This document shows, piece by piece, positions 26,840 to 39,511 of a stretch of 64,000 bases of DNA. The position numbers and the translations under genes are program-made. This DNA comes from Callorhinchus milii (Eukaryota), in NCBI RefSeq assembly GCF_018977255.1, contig NW_024704742.1:105650001-105714000 (forward strand). The letters are read 5' to 3'. The stretch's first letter is position 1. Each line of letters begins with the position of its first letter. Below the pieces are notes generated by a model. The model saw nothing but the letters and a program-made list of their open reading frames with translations. It was not told where the DNA came from and searched no databases.

Positions 26840-27260
26840 GTGTGTCAGCCTCACCCATTTGATAGCTCCTTTGCCTCTGAATGAGAAGGTTGTGGGTTCA
26901 ACCTGAATCACAGCAAGACTTTGAACTCATAGTCTTGGCTGACACTCCAGTGCAGTGCTGGAGATGTACTGCAATGTCAGAGATGCATTCCTTCAAATGA
27001 GATGTTTAAACCAAGGCCTCCTCTGCCTGTTCTGCTGGTTGTTAAAGATCGCATGACACTATTCAAAAAGGGAAAGGAGATTCTCCCTGTGTTCTGGCCA
27101 ACAATATCAACAAAATTATATAGTCACTATACTTTACAGTAAATCCTGTGAAGCACCTTTGAGATGTTCTCCCAATGTGAAAGATAATAATCATCCTTGC
27201 ATTTGATATCATGCCTTATCACGCCAGAATAAGATGCTATTATCAAATGCAAGGATTTCA
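26840..27260 (+). mobile_element. SINE family A (tRNA head, Deu-like core, L2-type tail)
   Basis: gcctctgaatgagaaggttgtgggttca head, core and tail co-linear with 46912-47365. Confidence 0.75.
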
Positions 27261-29904
27261 AATATTGCATCATGTCATGGTGTACCACAGGCTGGGGGAA
27301 CACCAAATATTACAGCTTCTCCAGAAGAGAAGTAATAGCCAAGCTGGCTTGTAAATTGTAACTCTTTAAGTATTGTATTTAACGCAAATAGTTTGATCAA
27401 TACCAAAAGCACACTGTGCTACTGTTTAAGGAGTCTTAAATGAACTGGCTTTAGATTTTGGAACATTATACAGAAGTTATTAAATACAAACAATCGTAAA
27501 CCAATTAGATGAAAATCAATATACTTGCAGACATGCCTTGGCAAATGTTGTTGGATGCATTTCAAGTGAAGGTGTATTAACCCCTTCGAACGTGAGCATT
27601 TTATACCATTTTATTATGCCAGACTGATTCTCTTCAGTGCTTGCGGGGGAATAAACAAATAATTTCTTTACCCAGCCTGTAGGTTCCCAAATATACACAA
27701 GATTAAATTAGATTTGTCTGGAATGGTGCCTTTCTTTGCTCGTTTCCCATTTTCCAAAGTCTTTTCAATAATCCTGTGTTGCATATTGTGCTGATTTTAA
27801 CATCAAGCAACCACTGATGGTAATTATCACATCACCCCTCCCCCATCTCTCCATAGATATATTTTGGAGGGTTTATTTGTGCTCAATATAAGAGATGTCA
27901 GTCCTGAGCAGCTAGAATATGTTCATTGAATGTCAGTATCAATCATTGCATTCACCTACATACAGTTACTGCATTTTACAGTGTATCCTCTGAAACACTT
28001 TGGGATGTCCTCCTGATGTGAAAGGCACTAAAGCAAACTCAGGATTATTATTTTAGGTTAGCAGCAACCAGACAAATGCAGAGTAAAAAAGTTTAAAAAG
28101 CGCATCTCAGAAGAGTGCCCTCTACAGCCTTCCCACTTCTAGTTTCTGACTCAGATTGCCAATGCAGTCCTTAGGTTGTGTTACTTTTAACAAAACTCAC
28201 GTGAAAGGTGCTATACTAATGCAAGTTGCCGTTGTTGCTTTAACCTGTGGACGTGCAGACATTAGAATCTCAGTTGAGACTTTCCAACATTGGTTTGATT
28301 TAATTGTAGCAGAGACAAGACCTGCACATTATTATCATTGTTATTATTCTAAGTTTATTGCCTTTTATATGTTGTTATAAATGGCACAATGGTAGATTTA
28401 ACGTGCTAGAGAATGAGTTTTTGTTTCCGGATACCTTTTCATCCACAAATTGTTTCTACATTCTTGACAATCTGGGCTAGATTCAACCCAGGTATAAATG
28501 GTGCCTCTGGCAATGTGAATAGCTCTGGAGCTGTGTTCCTGACACCACCTGGAAGAGTGATGACAGGAATACTCCTAATGTGATTTGCACTCCTGCAGTA
28601 TAAATACAGCAAGTGTGAATCACGTTGGACTTTCTCCTTTGTTCTCCTTTAAAAGCTTGCAGACCCAGAAACTTTATGTGAAACAATTTAACATTATTTA
28701 AAGAGCAGATGACTTGATCAGTGTTTTAACAGGATTATAAAACAATCCCCAATTTTAGTGTTCCCCAAATACACCAGGACAGAATGCAAAAGATTAGGCA
28801 TTTGGGATTTCTTTGCTCTAATTGAAAGTGATAGTGGAGCAAGTAGCATAAAGATGGCTTCCTACTCCACATATCTACATTGTACTGCGGGGAGCAAATG
28901 GAAGTGTAACTCCAGCATAAAAGAACACACATAAAACCTTGTTTCTTCTGAGCTCTGACATTGTAGACAATGTTCTGAATACTATCAATCAATACCTAGC
29001 AAAAGGAACAATAATGCACTAATGATATTGTACTAACGCTTTCACACTTAGCGATAAGATGTAACAGTAATCATGCAACTGGACGGGAACCTGAAAACAC
29101 CAGGTTGATTAAAGGACATGACCTGTCTCTCCTCAATTCTCCAGTGCTGCACAGATAGTCATCTATTATTGCCTAAATAATCGCACATTATAGTACAACC
29201 AATTTGAGTGTCTATTTGTTGCGTTCGTAATATTAGTGCTTTTATTGCCTCATTCATCATCAAGGATTCTCTATGCAGCATCTGGAATATATTGCCCAGG
29301 CCTCTGTTTTTATTGATTTCCAAGCGTCTCCTGCAGAAGACTAATGAAATGCAATCCGCCTTCTTTGTGTTAAAGTTCATCAGAAAAAGGGCATTCTTTT
29401 TAAATGAAGAACTTGAGTCTTGAAACAATGAAAAGTCTGCCTGATACTAGCAGGCACACAGGTTTACAAACCTGCGATAGAACTGATCACAGTTTGACTA
29501 AGACCCAGTTATGAGAAATTAGACGCTGTACAAAAGGGGATGAATTCTGCAACGTATGGTGTGTAGGGGGCGACCCCTGACTCCAGCACAATGGTTCAAT
29601 GGCACAAATAGTATGACAATTTGACATTGTTATTCAAAAGCAAAACCAGAAAAGCATGTTTACCTAATCAAGCAGAGAAAAAACAATCCGAGGGGAACTA
29701 ACATCTTGACAACTATACACGTTGAGCAGGACCAGAAGAGTGAAATCAGGGTGCTCTTGCAGTGCAAGCTTCCATATTTCCATTCATAATTCAATAAACA
29801 AAAGCCCTGTCTTTATCAATCTCCAATGGCATGTTCATTATGGAGAAAGTGTTAACATCTGCATGCAATATTATAATGTTGTCTGAGTTATGTTTATATA
29901 TAAA

Positions 29905-30646
29905 CTAGCTGCACCCATTGCAGCTATGCTTGCAACCAGTTTCATTAAATCAGCCTTCTTTCATCTGGCTTTTTTATTTGTCCTTGAAAGGCTTGATCTT
30001 TGCTTCTTAGGCATCTTTATCCCTTAACATTAAGAAAATGTGCTATTCATCTCGTTAGCATTCCTTATTCACATATTTGCCCATATATCCTTTTGGGAGG
30101 ACTCTTGTGGGAGGACTCCTGTTGGGAGAATTCAGTGGGAGGACTCCTGATTGGGAGGACTCCTGGTTGGGAGGACTTCTGATGGTAGGACTCCTTGTTG
30201 GGAGTCCATACATATGTGATGAGCTTGTTTAGGTCACGATAGGAGATCGCTGAAAAAAATACGCTCATGACAATCCCCCATGCAAGACCTTTCCGATGAG
30301 GTATAAATCATGTCTCTATGTCAATCAGTTATTGCGTTATTGGCAGATAGATACACAGACACACAGACATTACATCTTTATTAGTAGAGATTAGTAAAGA
30401 TATACCTCTGTAGATAGATGTGTGATTTCCTTTGTCACTACTTTGTTGCAGAATAACATGCGTACATTTTTGGGGGCTTAATTAAAGCATTTTTTTAATA
30501 TAGCTCATCAACATTAGGAGATCCACCCAAATAAAATATGCCCATTACACTGCCCCATGCAAGACCTTTCCGATGCGGTATAAATCATGTCTCTACGTCA
30601 ATCTTGTCAGACAGACATACAGACATTTTGTCTTTATTAGTATAGA
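29905..30646 (-). mobile_element. Probable non-autonomous Helitron with two 5' ends
   Basis: Minus strand: A|TCTATACTAATAAAG start followed by (TGTC)n-like repeat; 3' hairpin TTGCAAGC-ATA-GCTGCAA, 9-nt spacer, CTAG|T; second 5' end at 30390. Confidence 0.7.
30094..30206. repeat. Degenerate GGGAGGACTC(C)T minisatellite inside the Helitron-like element
   Basis: About seven imperfect 13-16 bp units visible directly. Confidence 0.8.
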
Positions 30647-33061
30647 TTAGATCACGTGACAAACAGACTGTTCTTAATAGAAAATGGGCTTTTTCTGTTT
30701 GAAAATTGAAACATACATTTGCTCTGAATTGATAGATTTGATAACAGCTGTTAATTTGAATATAACTTGCAATACTGTATTCATAATGTTACCTACAGAC
30801 AGACTCTCTCATAATTTGGAAAATACAAATCTTCTCACTATTGAAATTGCTAAAAGCAAGTGCATATTAATGAAGTATGCTAATTAGATGTAATTAGTTA
30901 AGGTATAAACTAGACTTTAAGTATAATACATTGTCAAAGCTCACAGCCACTTCAGCACCCAATGCCGTTCAAATAGAAGCTAGGCCAATTCCTCTCAATA
31001 CTAAAAACCCAGCAGAGACTCTCCTTGTGACAATGACTGACTGCTACAAAATGAACCACGTCTCTGCTCTTGCCTACAGCTCAAAAACAACTCTCTTGAT
31101 GCAGCTCAATGAGGAAATTTGCTCAGAGGAAAGAAGCCTATTCTCTCAGTGAGTCAATTAGACAGAATTTTCACTGGCACATTACAAAATATGCCACCTT
31201 AATTCTACTCTTCTGAAACTGGGTGAGAGTTTGACAACTGCGCTACAAGGGATTATTAATTTGGTTATGAAATAAATTTCTCAATGACTATGGGTAAACA
31301 ACAAACAGAAGAACAGCTTCAGAGTTAATAATAATAATCCTTACATTTGATATAGTGCCTTTCACCCTGGGAGGATGTCCTAAAGCGCTTCACAGGTTAT
31401 ACTGTATTTCGTAGGCGAACTCAGCAGTCAATTTGCACATAGCACGTAAAGCTATGCTTTGAGTTAATTGAACTATTTGCTGAATGCTGGAAGCTACAAA
31501 ATGTTACATTAATCGAGTAAAACTAGACCCAAGTAGCATTTCTATCCAAATCCCTTGTCCCACAATATTCTCTTGGCATATTATGAAAAAATATGATCAA
31601 TAACATCATGGATGCATTTCTCAAAAATATATAGTAGACAGCTGGATTCAGATGTTGCAATGACAGAATAATAGTACTTGGATTATTTAGCAATTGAACA
31701 TTTATCCACTTTGCATTCCTTCCCCACAACTCCACTTTGAACTCTTCAAAGCTTCTGTAGTCAACCTTATAGGCACCCTTAAGATCAAACTCAATTCTTA
31801 TCCTGAAGAAATTGCAGTTTTTACAGAAGGCACACATTCAATATGCTGATCCTATTATTCAGAAATAACGCAATCTAAAAGTGGAATGAACATCTTGAGC
31901 CCGTTGAATTCTTGTATGCTGGCAGCATTGATGTTACTATTTTGGTTCTGTCTTTCATTTGTGTAAGAAATTGACTCCTCGATGTACACAGATTCAGACA
32001 AAGTGAAAATGTCCCAAAACAGCACAGTAGTCTTGCTTTTGGAATAGTCTTTTATGTTCTTCAATATGTACCTGAGCTACAGTAGGATTTTGTGTTAATA
32101 TTACACTTGCAATATCAGAAATTTGGTGTGTAAGTTATGCTACATTGCATCTAATTTGATCCGGCTAATCTGCCTCAACCAAAGCAGGTGGAGCTGCACT
32201 ATATTGGGTACAGCGTAAAAGTTGGAGACAGATTAACATCAGAGAAACCAATTCACGTTTTGACATACATTGTTGTACAATATCTATGTGGCAGCATGAG
32301 TCAGATTCCTTTGAACTGGCAGACAGCTAACCACACTAACAATGTTTGGAGAGGCACTCTCTGGCCCCAATGTTCCCTGGTCAGTGTGAGCAAGGTACTA
32401 TTGTTTAATGTGCTTCATTCAGTGCAGCCACATAACTATAACAATTATGAGTGAGATTGCAAATTGGAATTGCTGGAAGCTTTATTCTCTATCTGTCCTC
32501 AATAGAAATGGAGAGTAGCCAAACTCATTTTACTTGGAGACTTTGCAGGCATTACAAAGAGGTGGAAGCAGTTGTTTAATCAATGCGGGCTGGATCAAAT
32601 CCCGATTCCAGAGGTAAAATAACAATGCACGTTATAATCCAGTGCAACACACAGTCCTCAGCACGAACAATGTATTAAGTTCATAATGAATGTAAATCCT
32701 CCGAAACATGGAAATAAAAATCCTATTTCCAGTCTGCTGATCCCACACTGATGTAACTGAATACTTTACCTAAACTGGAAATATATAAAAATAGTCAAAT
32801 AATTAATCAGTAAATCAAAGAGCATAACTGACATAAATAGAATGCTCATGAGGTGTAGTTTATTTTCACTATTGACGCTTCCAGGAAAACTTCACAAGTA
32901 GCAATTTTAAATAAAAGTTATGCATGAGATATCAATGCATCATGCAGAAAATGCCATTTCATCTTTTGTGGCAGAGAGAGTAATATTCTTGACTTTGAAA
33001 TAATTCCTAGAGAACAACAAGGTTTTCAAATAGTGTATTGCATTGATTCAAGCCCTTTTCA

Positions 33062-33527
33062 CAGAATCATAGAATTATACAGCACAAAAGGAGGCCATTC
33101 GGCCCATCGTGTCTGTGCCAGCTCTTTGAAAAGATCTATCCAAATCAGTCCCATTCTCTCCCCATAGCCCTGCAAACTTGTCCTCCCCAATTAATTATCC
33201 ACTTCTCTCTTAAAAGTTGTTATCGAATCAGTTTCCACCACCCTTCCAGGCAATGCATTCCAGATCCGAACAACTCACTGTATGAAAAAATTTCTCCTCA
33301 CCTCCCCTCTGTTTCTTTTAACAACTATTTTAAATCTGTGTCCTTGGGTTACCGACCCACTCACCAGTGGAAATAGTTTCTCCTTGTTCACCCTGTCGAA
33401 TCCCCTCATAATTTTGAAAACTTCTCTTAAGTCTCCTCTTAACCTTCTCTGCTCCAAGGAGAATATTCCTAGCTTCTCTATCCTCTCCTGATAACTGAAA
33501 TCCCTCATTCCTAGTACCATCCTGGTA
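33062..33527 (-). mobile_element. CR1 LINE 3' end, well preserved
   Basis: MVLGMRDFSYQERIEKLGIFSLEQRRLRGDLREVFKIMRGFD; (ATTCTATG)-type tail on the minus strand. Confidence 0.9.
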
Positions 33528-34559
33528 AACTATTTTCTTGCTCAGAATGGATCATCAATAGAAATATAGATCAAGTGAACATTCTTTTTTTTACTTCATA
33601 AAATGGCATATCCACTTGCAAATAACAAAGCAAAGATTACAAAATATGGGATATGGTTTCACTTGAATTTCTGGTACACACTATTATGAAGTTTAAATTG
33701 TTTTGAGCTGATGCACCACCAAATCTAAAAGAATTGAAGAATTCTAGACTGAGAACAGAGATGTTGCAACAATCTTCAGCAATCAAACATTATATTATCA
33801 GCATCAATTCTGACAATGTATTTTTTCAGACAAAGTAAACAGCATATATAAACATTTTAACTTATATGTTTATTCTCATTAATTTGCCAAGCCAGCCTAT
33901 GTTCCTTAGTTGTTGATGGCCATTGGGGTCTTGAATGTTTACTTGATTGTCAGTGTATTAATCAGTAGATACAATGTGTGATTTCCAGTTTGATCATCAT
34001 AAGTTATACATTTTTAATTTTAAAATAATTTTAGAATTGTTATATTACAATTAGATATGTTTGGAGTTATGCATCATTAAACTATTATGATATAAGATAT
34101 TTTCAATATGTTTGCAGTAGAGAAGGTAGACAATTATTCATTTACTTTTCTTTAGGCTATGAAAATACATTGGTGTATATATAGCTGATAGTTTCAACTT
34201 ACAGGCATTCTTTTTAAGATGACCAAACATTGACACATGATGACAAGGTAATTTTTAAGTTGTCCTAAGGCAGAAATGTGAATATAGGAGAACGTTGCTT
34301 TATGTTTCTGCCCCAGGACAAAGTTTAGGTAGTCTCAAAAATACTTATCGTCAAATATGTGCGTGTTGTAACATATAAATATAATTTGGGGTTCTGGGCA
34401 GATATCGTGAGTGAAACAATAATACATTTCCATTCTGCTTCTCAAGATTTGTCTGCTTCGTTGCTACATGTTAGCTCAGCCCAGCAGAGTAAAATTATAA
34501 TTGTTTTGAACCCAGGAATATTGTCAGCAGTGACTGAGCACTAAAGTGAGTGAGAGCAT

Positions 34560-35045
34560 GGAAGCCAGACACCTGACCTTTCATGTGTATGTGCAAGGTG
34601 CAAATATAAAAAAGACATCCAAAATTCTTTGTGTATGACATGAATTTAGATGGGCAATTCCACTGCAAGGATAGCGTGTTAATGACATAACGGCTGCTAA
34701 TTGTTCAAAATCACCCAAAATGTATACGTTTGGGAGCACATTCAATGTATAAAGGGAAACACAGGCTGGAGACTGCCTAAAGAAGAGCAACAGGGATGAT
34801 CCCCAGTTTTAGAAGAATGAGCTATGAGCAATGATTAGACTCTAAGGGGACCTTACAGATGTATATTAGATTTTAAATGGGATTGAAAACGTAACAATAC
34901 TTTCGGATGTACCAAGGCACTAGAACATGAAGACATAGGTTTAGAGTTACAAAGAACAATTTCAGAAGAGACACCAAGAAGTATTTCTGTATCCAGATTA
35001 ATTAATCACTGGAACAGGTTACCAGGAAGGATGGTTGAGGCCATC
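34560..35045 (+). mobile_element. Old CR1 3' fragment
   Basis: RLRGDL..VY.ILNG and ...FCIQ.IN.WNRLP remnants. Confidence 0.55.
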
Positions 35046-35526
35046 AGATGGCAATGTTAACATGCCCACAAGTGCACCTTGTATTTGAAAGGTGAGGTGC
35101 TGTCTAATCATGTTCGTTTTACACTAATGGTTTGGAGTACAAATTGGTCTGATGCTTCTTGACTATCAATGCTGTGTAGAGTATATGTAATCAGCAATTG
35201 TTTCCTCTCTTTTATTAGATCTGTATTTGCCACTGCTTTTAGGATTTCAGCTTTACACCAACTTGGCTATTAATAACAATGCCAACATTTGGTATAGTAC
35301 TTTTCACGTCAGGAGATTGTCTCAAAGCGCTTCACAGGATTTACTATAAAGTGCAGTGACTGAGTATTTTGTACATGAAAAGTGACAGCTAATTGCATGC
35401 AACCATATCTCACAAACCGCCATGAAGTGAATGATCAATTTTATTTGGAGGATTTTTGACAATGATATCGGAGAAACTCCCTTTTCTTTTTGAATGGTCC
35501 TGTGCGACTTTAATGTCTACTTGAAC

Positions 35527-37176
35527 TACGGCAGTGACAATTTATCTTAAATTGGATAAGATAAGAATAAACTGAGAGGAGGAACTAAAAAGGTTGTCGC
35601 TGCTCAAGGTAGATAAGTCACCCGATCCGGACAGGATGAATCCTAGGTTACTGAGGGAAGTAAGGTTGGAAATAACGGAGGCTCTGGCAACAATCTTTCA
35701 ATCCTCCTTGGACACTGGGGTGGTGGCAGAGGACTGAAGGGTTGCAAACGTTATTCCCCTGTACAAAAAGGGGCAGAAGGAGAAACCTGGGAACTACAGG
35801 CCAGTCATCCTAATGTCAGTAGTGGGGAAACTTGCAATGTGGGACAAAATAAATTTTGACTCAGAAAAATATGGGTTAATAAAGGACAGCCAACACAAAT
35901 CTGTTAAACGCAAATCATGTCTAACAAACCTGATAAGAGTTTTTTGGTGAAGTAACGGAAAGGGTGGATGAAGGTAGTGCAGTTGATGTCATTTATATGG
36001 ATTTTCAAAAGGCGTTTGATAAAGTGCCACATAAAAGACTTGTCAGCAAAATAGAAGCCCACGGTATTAAAGGGACAGTGGCAACATGGATACAGAACTG
36101 GCTGGGAGACAGAAAGCACAGAGTGGTGGTGAATGGTTGTTTTTCTGACTGGAGGGAAGTGTGCAGTGGTGTCCCCCAGGGGTCAGTAATGGGGCCACTG
36201 CTGTTTTTGATCAATATAAATGACCTGGACTTGGGTATAGGGAGTACAATTTCCAAGTTTGCAGATGATACTAAGCTAGGAAAAGTAGTAAATAGTGAGG
36301 AGGATAGTAGCAGACTACAAATGGACATAGACAGACTGAAAAAAATGGGCAGACATGTGGCAGATGAAGTTTAATGTGGAGAAAAGCGAAGTGATGCATT
36401 TTGAGAGGAAGAATGAGGAGAGGCAACGTAAGCTGATGGTAGAATCTTAAAGGGGGGAAGGAACAGAGTGACCTGGGGTTCATATAAGTAAATCTTTGAA
36501 GGTGGCAGGACAGGTAGATAAAGCTGTTAAAAAGCATACGAGATACTAGGGTTTATAAATAGGGCCATAGAATATAAAAGTCAGGAAGTTATGATGAACC
36601 TTTATAAAACACTGGTTAGGCCTCAGCTACAGTACTGTGTTCAGTTCTGAGCACCACACTTTAGGAAGGATGTCAAGGGATTGGAGAGGGTACAAAGGAG
36701 ATTTACCAGGATGGTACCAGGAATAAGGGACTTCAGTTATCAGGAAAGGCTAGAGAAGCTAGGATCATTCTCCTTGCAACAGAGAAGTTTAAGAGGAGAC
36801 TTAATAGAAGTTTTCAAAATTATGAGGGGATTCGACAGGGTGAACAAGGAGAACCTATTCTCACTGGCGGGTGGGTCGGTAACTCGAGGACACCGATTTA
36901 AAATAGTTGTTAACAGAAACAGAGGGGAGGTGAGGAGAAATTTTTCACACAGCGAGTTGTTCGGATCTGGAATACATTGCTTGAAAGGGTGGTGGAAGTC
37001 GATTCAATAATAACTTTTAAGAGAGAAGTAAATAATTATTTCGTAGGACAAGTTTGCAGGGCTACGGAGAGAGAGCGGGAAAGTGGGATTGAATTGGATA
37101 GCTCTTTTCAAAGAGCCGGCACAGATAGAATGGGCTGAATGGCCTCTTTCTGTGCTGTATAAATTCTATGATTCTA
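35527..37176 (+). mobile_element. CR1 LINE, 5' truncated, RT domain through 3' tail
   Basis: YMDFQKAFDKVPH, SGVPQGSVMGP, KFADDTKL, RRFTRMVPG motifs; ATTCTATG ATTCTATG tail; several stops and frameshifts; interrupts a minus-strand family A SINE (35275-35526 and 37177-37300). Confidence 0.95.
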
Positions 37177-38044
37177 TGAACAGGCAGATGGGACCTTAAT
37201 TTAAAAATCTCATCTGAAGGACAGCACCTACAACAATACAGCACACCCCAGTCCCTACTTGAACGCACAACTTTGTGAGTCAGGCTGACAACTGAGCCAC
37301 GGGAGTATGGAAATGTTTTAGTTACAGCCTTGTGTTACACAAAACTGTATGTGGCAATGTAAATCTGGTTTATGTATTAGCATTGTCTATTGCTTCTTAC
37401 CGTTCAACGAGCTGCGTGTTTTAAATCTGATAATAAATTGGCATCATATCTTTTGCTATGTTTTAAGAGGGCAGATCTAAATGCATGCACTGGGTGAAAC
37501 TAACTACACAATTATCTCCTAACAGCTTTGCATGTTAATGATCAGCTTCTGTACGAGCTAGCATGCTGATCAATCTCAGACACATTCTCTGATTGACCCA
37601 TTATGGGCCCACTTGTGCTATAATAAATTAAATAAATGTAATAAATACAAATAAACAATAAATAATAAACTGTGCTTTATTAAACCAGCTCGGGTCCGAA
37701 ACACGGATTGCCCAGCGCTTTGGGATGTACTCCCGACGTGAAAGGTGCTATACAAATGTAATTTTGTTGTTGCTTCGGTCAGCTACAGTGCTTTCAGTCA
37801 TCTTTAACTCACCCCCCAAACCCCTTGGCTGCCACCCCCAGCTCGGGTTCCCATCAAGCACATTAGGACGTCCTCCCAATACGAAAGCTGCTACATAAAT
37901 GTAAATTTTTGATATAATATTAATTCTTACATTTAATGCTTCAACGAGCACTTGTATTGCATTTCCATGTAGAACAATATCTCAAAGCACTTTATAGAGA
38001 AATATGGGAGCCTGAGCAGGGTGGGAGATAGGGGATGCAGGAGA

Positions 38045-38350
38045 TATAATAATAATAATTCTTGCATTTTTGAGATAGCACCTTATCACGTCATTAAAAC
38101 GTTTCAAAGTGCTTCACAGAATATTCTGTAAAGTGAATTGACTGTATATTTTGTGGGTGAAACGCTGCAGTCAATTGTGCACAGCAGTGTCCCATAAACA
38201 GTTGTGAATTGAATGACCAATTTTCTTTCAAGGGATTATTACCGTTGATCAAAAGTGATCCGCCAATTGACTAACAACTGGGTTCCTGCTTACTGCTAGG
38301 TAAACATAGGTGTGTGGAGTAAGGAAACTTGCCTCAGGTTTTCCCCTGCC
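38045..38350 (-). mobile_element. SINE family B, 5' truncated
   Basis: Shared tail plus body aaaagtgatccgccaattgactaacaactgggttcctgcttactgctaggtaaaca. Confidence 0.75.
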
Positions 38351-39007
38351 CCAATATTCACTTTGAAGGATTTGAACGCAGAGAGAGGGAAGGAATGAGG
38401 TGGAGAGATTTAGGGAAAGATTTCCAGAGAGTGGGGGCAATATGCCTAAAAGAATCCCCGATAGTGTGCTGGAGGGACGGGAGTACATGAAGCAGGCCTG
38501 ATTAGTTAGGGAGAAGAGAATGAGAGGAATAGGACTGCGAAGATCACAGAGCTTCTAACCCCACAGGCCGGAGCTGTGGAGAGTTCTGCATCTCTGCAAC
38601 TAATCACCAGCGCAGACCTCCATTAATAGCTGTTTTTTTAAAAGGTCAACTGGCTCTTTAATAACATTGAACATATGTCCCTGAAAGGTTCTTAAGCACT
38701 CCATTTTTTAACTAAAATACTTCATGCTCCAAATTTCTACCCATCTCTCCTGAAGCCACTGACTTTTGCTGGGACCCAAGTCCATGTTGTCTATCTTGTC
38801 CAGGTGGCTGGTCAAGTACAGACCTAGGCAGCGCTCATTGGAAGGCTTGAAGCCACAACATGTACTTGCCCCAGTATCTCTGTCGTTATGTTTTCTGCAG
38901 GTTATTCAGTAATTACCATATTTAACTTTTGACAACCTGAAAGATCTCTGATTATTTTTGGAGCCAACTTGGAATTAAGATGAAATATTATTTCCCCCAC
39001 AAACATT

Positions 39008-39324
39008 GGTGCCGGAAAATTCTACCTAGTCTTTGAACGGAAGGCCATTTTGTCTTCACATTTAAGATCAGTGCAGATTTGAGGAATATTTCTAAATTCA
39101 ATCTTAATTGGAAACCAAACCTTTTCAAACATTGTGGAAAACTGACTTCCAAATGAAGAGTGAATTTCAAAATGTTCCACAATTCTGCGCTCTTTCGTTA
39201 AAGTAAAATAGTCTGAAAGTCGCGTCTGTGACATGCTCCGAGACAGTTTCTTATGTGAAGGGCACTATTTAAATGCAGGGTGTTGTTATCTTACAGGCTA
39301 AGCGAAGGTGGAATTTCAGGCACT
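39008..39324. mobile_element. Palindromic MITE, long copy interrupted by a short L2-type tail (about 39215-39288)
   Basis: GGTGCCGGAAAATTCTACCT... / ...AGGTGGAATTTCAGGCACT inverted ends; arms match 14647-14858. Confidence 0.65.
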
Positions 39325-39511
39325 GGTCGAGCTCATATTGAACCTGCCTCATTTTAGCACTGATGTCCCAGTGAAGCTGACCATAAAAATAGATCTGACA
39401 CTTAGTTTGGTTTAACTTTTCAAAATTCCGCATAGAGCTGACATTCCTGCATGTGTAAAGTCAGAAGAACAAATTTGGTGCTTTTCAGGATAGTTAAATC
39501 AATACAATGAA

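Noticed and set aside
30094..30206. Short spaced repeats resembling a CRISPR array
   Set aside because: Eukaryotic context, degenerate 13-16 bp units without unique spacers, no cas genes.
35964..37010. CR1 RT ORFs as an active element
   Set aside because: No endonuclease or ORF1, several stops and frameshifts.
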